In this document: positions 37,240 to 48,532 of the stretch, piece after piece
Layout: each line of letters starts with the position of its first letter
How positions within the stretch are numbered: position 1 is the first letter of the stretch
Source of the DNA: Podospora anserina
Lineage: Eukaryota
Length of the DNA: 64,000 nt
NCBI GenBank assembly: GCA_017654855.1
Contig: JAFMPO010000001.1
Coordinates: 620,001 to 684,000, forward strand
Direction: 5' to 3'
Program-made: the position numbers and the translations under genes
Notes under the pieces: model-generated
What the model was told of the DNA's origin: nothing
What the model saw: the letters and a program-made list of their open reading frames with translations, nothing else
Database searches by the model: none

Positions 37240-38010
37240 TCACCGGGCCTTCTTCTTTCCCTCGACTTTTGCATTCCCATTCCTATTCCCATTGAAAGCA
37301 TCGGGCTTGAATCCCAAACAAATCGCCGTCGCATAATCCCCATCATGACTGATACTCAACAGCGCCACCTGCCCCTTCACCCCCACCTCCTCATCTCCTA
37401 ATATTACCGCCACTGGCGGTCCCGTTACCCTCCCAAATTCCGCCCTCGGCCCCAAACCATCTATGTTCTCCAGGATATAATCCCCCTTATCCTTCCGTTG
37501 CACCCGTCCCCCCGCCCCCTCCCCTTCTTCCTCAGCCGTCTCCTCCACCCTCCTCCCCAAATTCTCCTCACCCTCAACCATAATCTCCACCCCCCCAAAC
37601 GTGACCTTCCCTGCTGACGTCCCCGCCCGAAAAGCATGAGCCTTGATTACTGCCTCCTTCGCCGCCCACCGCCCAGCCAACCACTCCGCCAGTTTCCAAA
37701 TCTCCCCCCTTCTTTCCGATCGCTGTCTCCCAAGCAGATTCTTGTGCTTTACCGGACCGACCCCGTCCCGAAACGACATGACCTTCACCGCATTGAGGTA
37801 GACGGGCAGCTCCTCCAACCGTTCCCTCTCGTTTTGCGTCAGCAGCTTCTTTGTGAACCTGTCCACATTGTTGATCACGTTGAAGGGCCGGGCGAGAGTG
37901 GGGATGATGGGCGTGCCCTGATTTGTGGTGATGAGGGAGTAAACTCGGGGGATCATGCAGACATCTGTCCCCAGGGTGAGACCCAACGGGAAGGGTATGA
38001 CACCCTTCAT
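37240..38010 (-). CDS. AcpS-type 4'-phosphopantetheinyl transferase (holo-ACP synthase; Ppt2/PptB-like, probably mitochondrial)
   Basis: Motifs LGTDVCMIPRV, LAGRWAAKEAVIKA and LSISHDGDYATA, with low-complexity insertions between them. Confidence 0.88.
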   Translation of the reverse strand: MKGVIPFPLGLTLGTDVCMIPRVYSLITTNQGTPIIPTLARPFNVINNVDRFTKKLLTQNERERLEELPVYLNAVKVMSFRDGVGPVKHKNLLGRQRSERRGEIWKLAEWLAGRWAAKEAVIKAHAFRAGTSAGKVTFGGVEIMVEGEENLGRRVEETAEEEGEGAGGRVQRKDKGDYILENIDGLGPRAEFGRVTGPPVAVILGDEEVGVKGQVALLSISHDGDYATAICLGFKPDAFNGNRNGNAKVEGKKKAR

Positions 38011-38442
38011 CTTGGGATATCTCAGGCTGCTTCAACAAAAGAAAATTTGTCAAGGTCGTGGGATCGTGATGAAGAGAACTGAGCTCTGAGCTTGAGCACA
38101 CACCCCTGTCGGTTGCAACCCTGCCAAGCGAGAACTTTCTGATCGCGATAGGCTACAACTCTTATCGATAAGCATGTCGCATACGTCATACCTGAACCAA
38201 ACCAAAACACCATGCAAACATCGTGACTTTGGAAACAGAACAGAAAAGAACACAAGGTGTTACATGTTGTGGTTGTAGAAAAGAGACCTCGTAAGACCCA
38301 ACAGTACAGCAATTTTGTGCCCACCCCCACCCCCGCCTCCTGAACCATTCCATATTACTAAAATACCGTTCGTCCTTTATGGACGACTCCATATCCACTT
38401 CCAGCTCTCACTCAATCTGTACCTCACCCTCTTCAAAAACCC

Positions 38443-39427
38443 CTAATTGTCAGCCAACAGAGGCGCTCTCTCGGCATCTCCAACAGGCTCTCTCCTATTG
38501 CCGAAGAAGTCTTCCCGCCCAGTCCAAGCCGGCACGGCAACCAACACAGTGGCCACAAACAGCACCGACATGATGGTGAATGCAAAGATCCACTGGAACG
38601 CAATGATCTGTCTGAAAAACTGCGCGACGCCCAGGGAAGCTGACAAGACACTGAGAGCAAACCCCATGGTGTAGTCCTATGTTCTATTAGCACCGCGCCG
38701 TATTCTTCTTTGTCTGATGGAAGAAAATACCTTGTATAAAAAGATGAAGAACAAGCCATAGCCCAACAAGCTCCAAATAAAGACATTGGCAAAGATCCTG
38801 GCAACAAGACTATGCTGGTGGGGAACCATGATCGCTCCATTCCAGTAGATCGCCACAAACGTCCAGGCCAAGGGCCAGCTCACAGCTCCTGCGTGGATAA
38901 GCTTGGTGTAAGTCGCATGGCGGAAGTACAAGCTTGACAGGTTGAAGAAGTTGATGATCAAGATGATCTCAGACCAGACAAAGTGCGACCGGACAAAGAG
39001 CATAACCCAGGCGAAATGGAGGAGGTTGTTGAGAATGAAATGGCTACCGACGGAAGCCGCGGCGTTGACGGTTGTGGCATCAGAGGAGAAGAGGTGAGAG
39101 GTATAGATCAACTGGAGGATAAACATGACGACAAAGTAGATGGAGGTAATGACTGCATTTTGGGTGAAGCCAGAGTAGTGGTGATAGTTCTGGTGCCAAA
39201 TGCTACCCCCAAGATATTTTCCGTCGGCAGGCGCATGGGTATCGTAGTAAACGGTGGTGACGACGGACAAGAGCCAGGTGAGAAGTGAGAGGACCTTGTA
39301 GGTCGTGATGGAGGTTGTAGTGTGGGAGTCACGCTTGGCGAACGGGTTAACTGCGGTCACGATGGTTAGTATTGATCCTGAGATCGGGATGTGGGATGCG
39401 AAGCGTACTTTGGTGGAAGCGATCCAT
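38443..39427 (-). CDS. Fungal multi-pass membrane protein, DUF1774-like
   Basis: Exons 39427-39409 (MDRFHQ), 39350-38731 (INPFAKRDSH...) and 38676-38443 (DYTMGFALSVL...ERAPLL). Motifs seen: VGSHFILNNLL, SEIILIINFFNL, PLAWTFVAIYWNGA and FQWIFAFTIM. Confidence 0.8.
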
Positions 39428-41089
39428 TTTGCCGGTTCAGCGTGTATTGCCAGGACTTCGAGAAGTTGATGACTTGCTGGATTGTCGGGTTGTCAAGAAG
39501 CAATGGTAGGAAGGTCGGTGTTTTGTGTTCAAGGAAGGATTTCCTATCAGCAGTGGAGGAGACGGGATGGAATGCTCGGGAAGCTGCCCGTCAGTGGCTG
39601 CCTTTTACTTCTGGTTTCAGTGTTGCGGATGTTGCGGGGAAGCAAAGCACGTTGGGATGCACGAGGCAGGGAATTGCAGATTTCCTGGTTGAACAAAAAC
39701 CAGCCGATTGGCCTTATTGAGCTCCAAGTTGCCACCCCATCTGTTTGAAGCAGCGGTCTTGCGTCGATGGATTGGATGAAGGTGTGTTACTTTGCCTACA
39801 TGGGATGCGTTACCTGTTACCTGCCGTTGAAGAACCGGTCACCTTGACAACTGCGTCATTGGTTTTGTTTATGACAGATGATCAGTTTGAGGTAAGACTC
39901 CCCCAAGCTTGGTGCTCCTAATGCCAAAATAGCGATGGAACAGAGGAGAGAAATTCATTTTTGATCCCCCCGATATGGCTGAAATATGGACAATAACTGC
40001 AGAGTTGCTCAGTATCCAACATGAAGTCCAGCAATGAAGTTGCGAATTCGACATGCAGGACAGGAAGGATGCTGCGGGCCAGCGATGATATGGTTGGCCA
40101 TTGATTTCAATCAATTACATCATACCCCTCCACAGTTCACTTTGAATCGTTCCACTTTTGACTGTTGTGAACCTCAATGGCCAGGCCAAATTCCCGCCTC
40201 GTGTTGGCTTCGAGAAAAAAACACATGAGGATTGTGGACCTCAAGCATTCTGGTATCGCTCATTTTCAGCCCAAACCAACCAGTCCAAGGCTTCCTCGAC
40301 AGTCGAACCATCTAAGCTACAAGCTTCATTGTCAGCCAGATGTCATTTCGGACCTACCTTATAAAAAAGTGCGGGGCAATTCAAGACCGACCACCACTGC
40401 AGGTGACATCGCCGATCTCCAAACACCATTAGGGATCACGAGGCCTGCCTGAACTTGGAGATGACGGGAAATCCAGTTCAGCTTGGTGAGACATGGTGAG
40501 TTTGGGAATCCCGTCAGTCATGTCATGTACACTGCCACAACAGGACCTAGTTTTGTCCAGACTGTCAAAAGTTCACTTTCCTAATTGAGCTATTGTCATT
40601 AGATGGAGAGATTGTACATTTCCAATTCATGGCATTCTGCACACCGCATCGATATCGACCGCGAAGGCAGATTCGAGATGGCATATTGGACCCTTTGGGC
40701 ATTGAAAGTTAAGCAGCCACGTCAAGTGTCAAGAGGCTGGTGGATTGCAGGTGGCTTGCATGATCTCGTCGCCCGGCTTTGGTAGCCCCACCCGGTATCA
40801 CATCATCTGGTTGGTGAGGGACTCCCTGCACCTTTCAGGTGCCATCACTACAGTTGCAACGCTACTGTCAGCATGATGTTCTAGGTCCAAGTGGATTCCG
40901 GGTCTCTTAATTGTACACTACATTCTTGTGGGCACCAAGCTGTTTTTTCTTTGTAATTACACGATACATCGACCTGCACACATACATTCCCTACACACCA
41001 CACCTGCTGCTCTCAGAAGCCGATGCCTTGCCAGGCGTATTACCTCTGTCATCAGTTAGCAACGGCACTCCGTGATGGCTGAAGGGGTC

Positions 41090-41530
41090 TCACCTCGAAT
41101 AACATGAGTATCTTCGAGGACTCAAAGATTGCCGGTTGCTTCGCCCATTCCAGTTCCCTTTTCCGTAACTGCCAGCTTTGTTTTCACAGCCCGGCGGGAA
41201 ACCAGTGTACTTTCTTCGAGTCGTGGGCCGCTTTCCCCTTGCGTGGTTGTGCTCTCCCAGCTTGATCTCTGGTAGATGTTCTGGAAGTCCTCTACTGGGT
41301 ACCATCGGTGTGGGCTTCTTTGACGGTTCGTTCGTGTGCGAGTTCGGCTGGTCTTCTTGAGATTCGGCGGAAGCGACTGCCGATGGTGCTTTGAGCTCGA
41401 GTTTTTTCTTTCGGAATGTGCTCGGGATACCATCTGTGATCCAAGCCCCAATCTCTAGGAGATCAACGGCTGAGTCTGAAGATAGACCCATGGTGAAAAC
41501 ATGGGGAAAAATGTTGGGGACAATCTTTAC
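41090..41530 (-). pseudogene. Possible gene fragment or small orphan ORF
   Basis: A 133-aa ORF extends upstream as VKIVPNIFPHVFTMGLSSDSAVDLLEIGAWITDGIP, which looks protein-like but has an in-frame stop just before it. No family was recognised. Confidence 0.2.
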
Positions 41531-42174
41531 TGCCTCTCATTCCGTCCAGGCTGCCTTACTTTGGGCAGACACCGTACTTGAATCTCTTTCTTGGACTCCT
41601 TGTCCAACACTCACATAGGAGGCAGTTCAAAACATCACCTTTTTCGTCATCGCCCAATTTGATACACAGCATATTAGCTCACAAATGGCGAAACAGTGGC
41701 GGTCAGCTTTGGAATTCTGGAATTCCATTTCAGTATCAAAACAATTATTTCCTGGGGTTGACGGGCAAAGCGGCTCAGCGCACACCTCAGTATGCATATG
41801 CATTAGTGAATCGTCGCGTCCAGCATGATACGACTCGCTCCTATTGGCCGCATCCTACTGTTCACCGTTTATGAGAGCCAAGCATGCGTCTTTCAGATAC
41901 GGCTTATTGGGTTGACTTGGACGCCTTGCGAGGCGCAAGGCACAATTTCCAGTTCTCCTTTGGTCGTCCGCGAACCGACCTGAGCTTCAATTTCCATTTG
42001 CCTTAAGAAGATGGAGTTCGCTTGTCTTCGGCCAGGCACGATGGCATTGGGTATATTAGGAACAAGAGTCAACTGCTTGGAATCATCAAATCTCTTCCGA
42101 TGACAGTCAAAGTAGGACAGCCAGTGTCTCGATCCAAGCACCAGTCTCGAGTTTCAAGACGAATACACGCCAGG

Positions 42175-43973
42175 ATGTCCGAGAGAGATAATTTCGTCCA
42201 CCCCGAAAAAGAGCACGCAAAGCGCATACAGGAGGAACGCTGGGAGCACTATAAAGATGTTATCGTCGCGAAGTACAAAGAGTCGACGCTCGATAAAACC
42301 AAAACGTATATGGAAAAGGAATACAACTTCAAAGCATCGTGGGTCATTTCTGCCCCTGTTCAATTAATATTCTAACGGTTTCAACTAGTCGGCGTCAATA
42401 TGTTCACCGTTTGGGCAAAAAATGGAATATCAGTAAATACAAGGGAGGACAGCCTCAGGTCGTGGATGAGCCATCGCCAAACACCCCCCTTTTGAGGCAG
42501 AACCCAGCCTCACCCGACCTTTCGTCTGTTGCCCTTCATCCCCCTTCACCCATGACAAGGCCAGCTTTGGATTTCTCACGTTACTCGTCTGAGCAACTGG
42601 CTGCATTCCACATTCTCTCAGACGGCCTCCTGTACCTCGGTGATTTGAATAACGCGTTCGCCATCAAAGCGGAGCTTTACCGGGTTATCACGGCAGGCCA
42701 TGGCGACTTTACTGATCAGGAGATCAGACGACAGCTTTTACGACGATATGTCATTGACTGCATCTGCATCATACAAACCGAGGCCGACGCAAAAGCTGCC
42801 CGTCAAATGCTGGAGCAGAATGACCTTTTGTACGAGAGGTGGGCAGATACTGATGACAACACCTGGGAGAGTGTTCTCTTCCGCATTCTCACCTCGAGGA
42901 CCTATGATTCGGAGAATTCTGAAAGCTCGATTATACAGATTGTCGAGATCATCAACAAAACCACCGTCGAAGCAGACGAGGCAGGCCACGAAAAGCTGCA
43001 GACACTGACGCCTAGAAAGTACCGTTTCGACCTTCTCATGTACAAAATCTTCAGCTATGCGTTGGAGAGGTACAATGAGCCGACAGCCGTGGACGAAATG
43101 CCCATTGACGTTGGGGGGCTCCTGAAGCAGTTCAAGAACACCCAACCCGCAATCAAGGACTCCAGCGTTGATCCTCGGCTGGAATGGGAACTCGTGCTGA
43201 AAACTCTGGACTTTTGTGTTTCCGAGCTCTCAAATGGCGAGTTTCATCCCCTGAGACTCGACAACAAGACCACCAGGGCCAACAAGATTTTCTGCACTCT
43301 TTTGTGTGCTCTTCAAAAGCAGATTATGATTCGGGAGCAAACAACGACGGCTCTAGACAACATTGCAAGCGACAAGGCACATGCCCAGTTTGCAAGTGTT
43401 TACACCGAGCTTCTCGGCATCGTGGTCGGCCTGATAGTCGATGAAGCGCCATCCTTGGAATTCTCCCGAAATCCCTTGCCACTGAAGGAGTGGGCTCTGA
43501 GAGGCGCCCAAAAAGTCAAGAGTCTTGCGGAACAGTCAAACCTTGACCAGGAAAATACAGGTCTAATTGACCGGTTCCTCGACAAGGCAAACTCAATGAA
43601 CGTGGAGATCATGCTTGAGAACCTTTCGAGGAAGCAGCCCGAGGAAGTCAACATCCGCGAACTCAACCTCCTCCGCAAGGAATTGGCACAGAATCTCGGC
43701 GTGGAAATTCTTCCCGACTTGGAACCTAGAGCAACGGTGATTGTACCCTTGACTGCGAGCTGGGAACTTTACGACCGGAGTGCCTCTCAACCTGTGCTTC
43801 ACCTGCTGCACGACCACCCGGCGCCAAGGGGGGCCAGATCACGCTCAGTATCTCGATCGCATTCGCCTTCTGCTACTAGCAGTAGCCAGTCACCCGCCAC
43901 AAACGGAAATGCCACCGGCCAGGCGAGCGATGCTTCTGCCGAGGGGGATAGTGAAGATATTATTCTTGACTAA
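42175..43973 (+). CDS. Clr5-domain-containing protein
   Basis: Exon 42175-42338, intron 42339-42388 (GTGGGT..CTAAC..TAG), exon 42389-43973. The spliced N-terminus WEHYKDVIVAKYKESTLDKTKTYMEKEYNFKASRRQYVHRLGKKWNISKY fits the Clr5 domain pattern. The rest is helical and not recognised. Confidence 0.8.
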
Positions 43974-44705
43974 AAACGCCCCCTCCCTTTCACGTCCTGG
44001 GCACTGTTGTTTTCTCTCGATTCTCTCGTTATATAGACTCAAGTTTTTTCTGGGCGCGTTTCCCATTCCACATTTGATATAAGGTAGCCAGCGCGTAGTT
44101 TGGATCAGCGGGTTTATTTCGTTTTGTTTGCCTTTCTTGTTTCCTCCCTAATGTTGTCTTTTCCTAGTCTATACGCTATACTAGAATGACTATTTTTCCT
44201 TCTTTCGGTTTCATCTTGACACTTGCTCTCTGTTTTTTCTTTTCCCCTCCAACGACTTGTACGTGAAAAACATGGAGAGCTTTCTCATGCCCATAGATAC
44301 ACGATATAGAATAGGTAGCAAGGCACGTATTCACAAGAGGTTCCGGACTGTCTCACGGTGTCTTTACCGGCAATCCTTGTGGTGTTTACACGCCCTCGGG
44401 GTTTCTGAATACTCGGCTTGACGACGAAATTCTTGCAACAACGCCGATAAGTTTGTCCGTCCTTTTACGTGTCTGACACTTGACGTGGTATCCTTTACTT
44501 GTTTGGCACGACATGTTCAATCCCAGAATGCGCGAAATAATCCCGGGGAGAAATCTTTCTGATTCTCATAACATGTACTTTGCTACCAAACTATCCCGTG
44601 TGTAGTATTGTACACGTCCTTGATAATGACAAATCGATGAGCACAAAAAATGCAACAAAACAAATGAAGCAAAGCTCATGAAAAGTTGAGTGGTATGCAT
44701 GCCTT

Positions 44706-47095
44706 TCAAGACTGGTAGGGACGACCATGGTCATCATTGACGCGCCCTGCAACTCCGGGACCCTCCGCGATACCAGGTCCAAGGCCTGGAGGACCATCCG
44801 TAAAGGGGTTTGGTGGCGGTGTTACATCACCATCGTTGGGGTCCGAGCCGCTTATGGTGCTGCTGTCTTGTTTGATGATATCTGCTGCCTGGATCCGCTG
44901 TTAGTGTCGTCGAAAAGCTAGGGGATTGTGGGGGTCAGGTTGGCAAACCTTTTCAGCGATAGCATACACAGCTGCCTGGATGTGAGCAGCCGGTAACAAA
45001 GGTATAATACCAGCATCGATAACCCTCAAGTTCGATGTCCCGTACACCATCAACCGCGGGCTCACGACTCCCCCAAACTCCAAAGGCAGCATCGATGTTG
45101 ATCCGGCAGGATGAAACTCGGTTTGCAGCTTGGAGTGGACTGCCTCCAACAGGGCTGTATCATTCTGGCTGGTAAGATCATCCCAGGGGTACGCGGGCTG
45201 AGGGACGAGCTGCTGCATGGCCTTTGTCTTGACTAACTGATTATTAAGCTTGAGACCGCGCACAATGATGTCGCAGTCGAATGGGTGTGAACAATAGCGC
45301 GGGTCGAGAAGAATATTTCGGGCCACGGAGCCATTGGCGAGGAGATCCGCTGACAATGCCCGGACAAAACCTCTGCTCAAAGGATGCTGAACTGCTGCTG
45401 TTAAAGTACCGATGCTGTCTGCCATCACCTCGAGCGCACCCACACTTGAGCGGGCGAGGAGGGAGGTAAGGAGGTGTTGTTGACGGGCATAGCCTTTCAG
45501 GATCGTGGGGTGTTGACCTGGTCCAGGAGGGAGGTGAGACTCGGGTTCGGAACCAGGTATGTTCGATAAGAGGGTTTCCCAGTTCATGTCGAGATGTCGG
45601 AGAGAGGCAAACGCGAGAGTTGAGATTAATGGGTGCGTCAGGGGACCTGTTCGGTTGGCAAAGTATTGGCTCTCAACTTCCTCAAGAATACTGCCAGTGA
45701 GGTTGTTCGCCGTAAACATTCCAGAACGAGTGTCTAACAATCATCAGTTACTCATCTGAGAAGTGGAGAACCTCGGATAGTCACTCACAGTTATAAAACG
45801 CGCCGACCATTGCGTGATCTTGGAGGTTCTGGCCAACCCCCGGCAGGTCGATCTGAACAGGTACACCCAGTTCATCCAGAACGGAGGCTGGACCTATGCC
45901 AGACACTTGCAGCAACGATGGTGAAATGATAGCCCCCGCTGCTAGGATCACCTCCCTATCGCATGCCATTCTCTTCCGTGGGGAGTCAAACGATGTTGCG
46001 AACTGCTTTGTTAGTTCTAAATCCTAGTTCAAAATCACTAAAGCAGCTCACCTCAACCCCAAATGCTCTCTTGAGACCCTTAGCAGGCCGTTCGGAGTCC
46101 TCATCAACAGCCTCAGCCCCGAAGAGGACGCGAGTGACGGTCTGCTGGGTCGCCAAATGCAGGTTTGGGCGACTTAGGACACTGTCCAGATACGCCCTTC
46201 GGCTGTCCGCTCGTGACTGGTTACGATCGTTGATAGTAGCTGGGGCAACCGAAGCGCCTGCTGCAATACCGGTATTGATGTCGGGAAGGAGCGGGATCCC
46301 GAGCTCAGAGATGCCCTCGAGGAAGTTACCTTGGAGTGGTCAGCGTGAGACCCTGCCATGGAAAAAAGGGGGTGACATACGAGATGAATTGTAAAAGAAT
46401 CTCGGGTAGCCTACTTGCAAGGGACCTTTCTGGCCGTGAACTTTCATATGTGGTCGAATATGAAGATTTTGACTGTCTTCTGGAGCCACACAGGCAGTAA
46501 AGTTCTCGCTCTTTTTGAAGTAACGAAGCATTCCGTGCCAACTCCAGCCGGGATTCCCCAGCGTACGCCAGGCATCATAATCGTACCTGGCCCCGCGGGT
46601 CATGACGAGACCATTGAGGATGCTACCACCTCCAACAACATGACCCTGGCCGTAGTCCCGAGTACGGTTGTCTAAGGATTCCTGTGGTGCGGTGGTGATG
46701 TTCCAGTTCTGAGACGGAATGAAACCGTGGCCGACAAGTCCGGGGATAGTGACGAGGTCCGGGCCTGAGTCTCTGTAGTTGTGCGTTAGCAGATATCTAA
46801 CTGAACTGCTGCTGGGTGTCTACTAACAAGTCGCCAGCCTCGAGAACAAGAACAGTCACTATGCCTTCATGTCAGTCAAACAAGAACATGCCTATGAATC
46901 AGATAGGAGCCCACCATTTTTGTTCTCCGTGAGTCGATTGGCTACAACGAGGCCGGAAACACCGCCACCGACAACAATGTAGTCGTAGGAAGGAAGCGCG
47001 AGATCGATGAACTTGTTGGCTGGGACGAGAAGCCCATCCACAGCCTGTAGGCACGCTGAAAAAAAAATAGCGACTAAAAATGCAGTCAAATCCAT
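44706..47095 (-). CDS. Secreted GMC oxidoreductase (CAZy AA3_2-like; glucose/aryl-alcohol oxidase-dehydrogenase group)
   Basis: Seven exons splice in frame. Features: signal peptide [97 protein letters not shown], the catalytic His/His pair ([28 protein letters not shown]) and a stop at 44706. Confidence 0.93.
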
Positions 47096-48532
47096 CTCGA
47101 ACGACTGAACCAATGGATGAAGTGCAAAATATCGTCAAGATATGCTGTTTGACAAAAGACTGGTTCGCTAGTAGTTAATCCCTACAAACGCTGAAAACTC
47201 ATGACTTGTATGGGTGTCGATGGGTAGGTGTGTGATGCTGCTCCGCTTGACATGAAAATAAAACGACGAGGTCGCTGGGCGATGAGAAAAGGGGACAGTC
47301 TCGGCGAGTGAGCATATCTGGGAGGGAGCGACTTGATGTGGATGTCAAAGCATGCTCACGCGATATTCATAAACACAGCCCTCCTCCCAGGTCGATACAG
47401 AACTCACTTGCTCCCAGTTCCCCACATCGCACATTCTTTTCCTCGACTTTCATTGCTTGACCTAACGGGCGAAAAGGTTTTGCAGCCTTCGGGGCCAGAG
47501 CCTCATCACATGGCAGCAGAACCATGGCCATATGTTCATGGCTCCTTCCAACCATCGAAGCTCCTTCCCAATATCAACCACACTTACCCCCCATCTGAAC
47601 ACCGATGGGCCGAAACTGTGGCCTCATGCTCCACTCCTCGTCTTTACTCACTGTTTTATTCGCACGAGTCTCGCTCACGGATCGGAGCCTGGAGGTAACG
47701 TGTGGATCTGGAGCCGTTGTTTGCCATTGCGGCCCCTTGCGTTTCCGTCACCCACATGCAACGTGCGGGCAGGCAAATCTGGATGTCGATGTCACTGTCT
47801 CGACTGCTGCCACGCAGAACATTTCTTTGATCTTCTCGCCAACACTTGGACTGGAGTTAGAATTAGATGAGACGAACTCAAGACAGATATGCTGTAATCC
47901 AGGGGAAGTGGTGATTTATGATATGATACCACGGCTGAAACTACAATACTAAAATAAAACTAGTTGGTATTGCTGCGTGATAGAGATCGACCGAGCGGAA
48001 TCATAACTTGCCAAAAAAAAAAAACACTTGACACCAACAACATATCAAGGCGATTCTATGCACCGTATGCTGATCGAAGCAGAAAAGGAGCAGCTGATGT
48101 CGTTTTTCTTGAAGAATTTCAAGAAGTGCGACATCATCATCCACCCCTCTCCGACCTCAATCAACAAGTTAAAATAACAAGTAAAACAAAATAGCATTCA
48201 TCAACTCCCTACAACGAAAAGTTTCCTATCACTCTTCACACTTGTTCATACAAGTAGAACAAAGAAAACAGAGGTCCATCAAAAAAAAGAAGTATCATAA
48301 AACTACGTGCTCAGCCTAAGAGCTGAAAACACAAAACATCGAATTATCCATCCATCAAAAGTGTGGCTTGGAAGGGGGTATCTGCGCATATCCATTACAA
48401 CCTTTTTTCTCGCCTCTCTCCCTCTTGCTCTCTCTCCCTGCCGGTATCATATATCTTTCTCTCAGTCTGACAACAAAAGCCAAATGCCCGAAGCCATGCT
48501 ATGCAGATCAGATATGCATACGCTCAGTCAAA

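Noticed and set aside
39599..39609. TGCCTTTTACT matching U5 snRNA loop I
   Set aside because: The flanks do not close the 11-nt loop with a proper stem, and no Sm site follows; it sits in the DUF1774 promoter.
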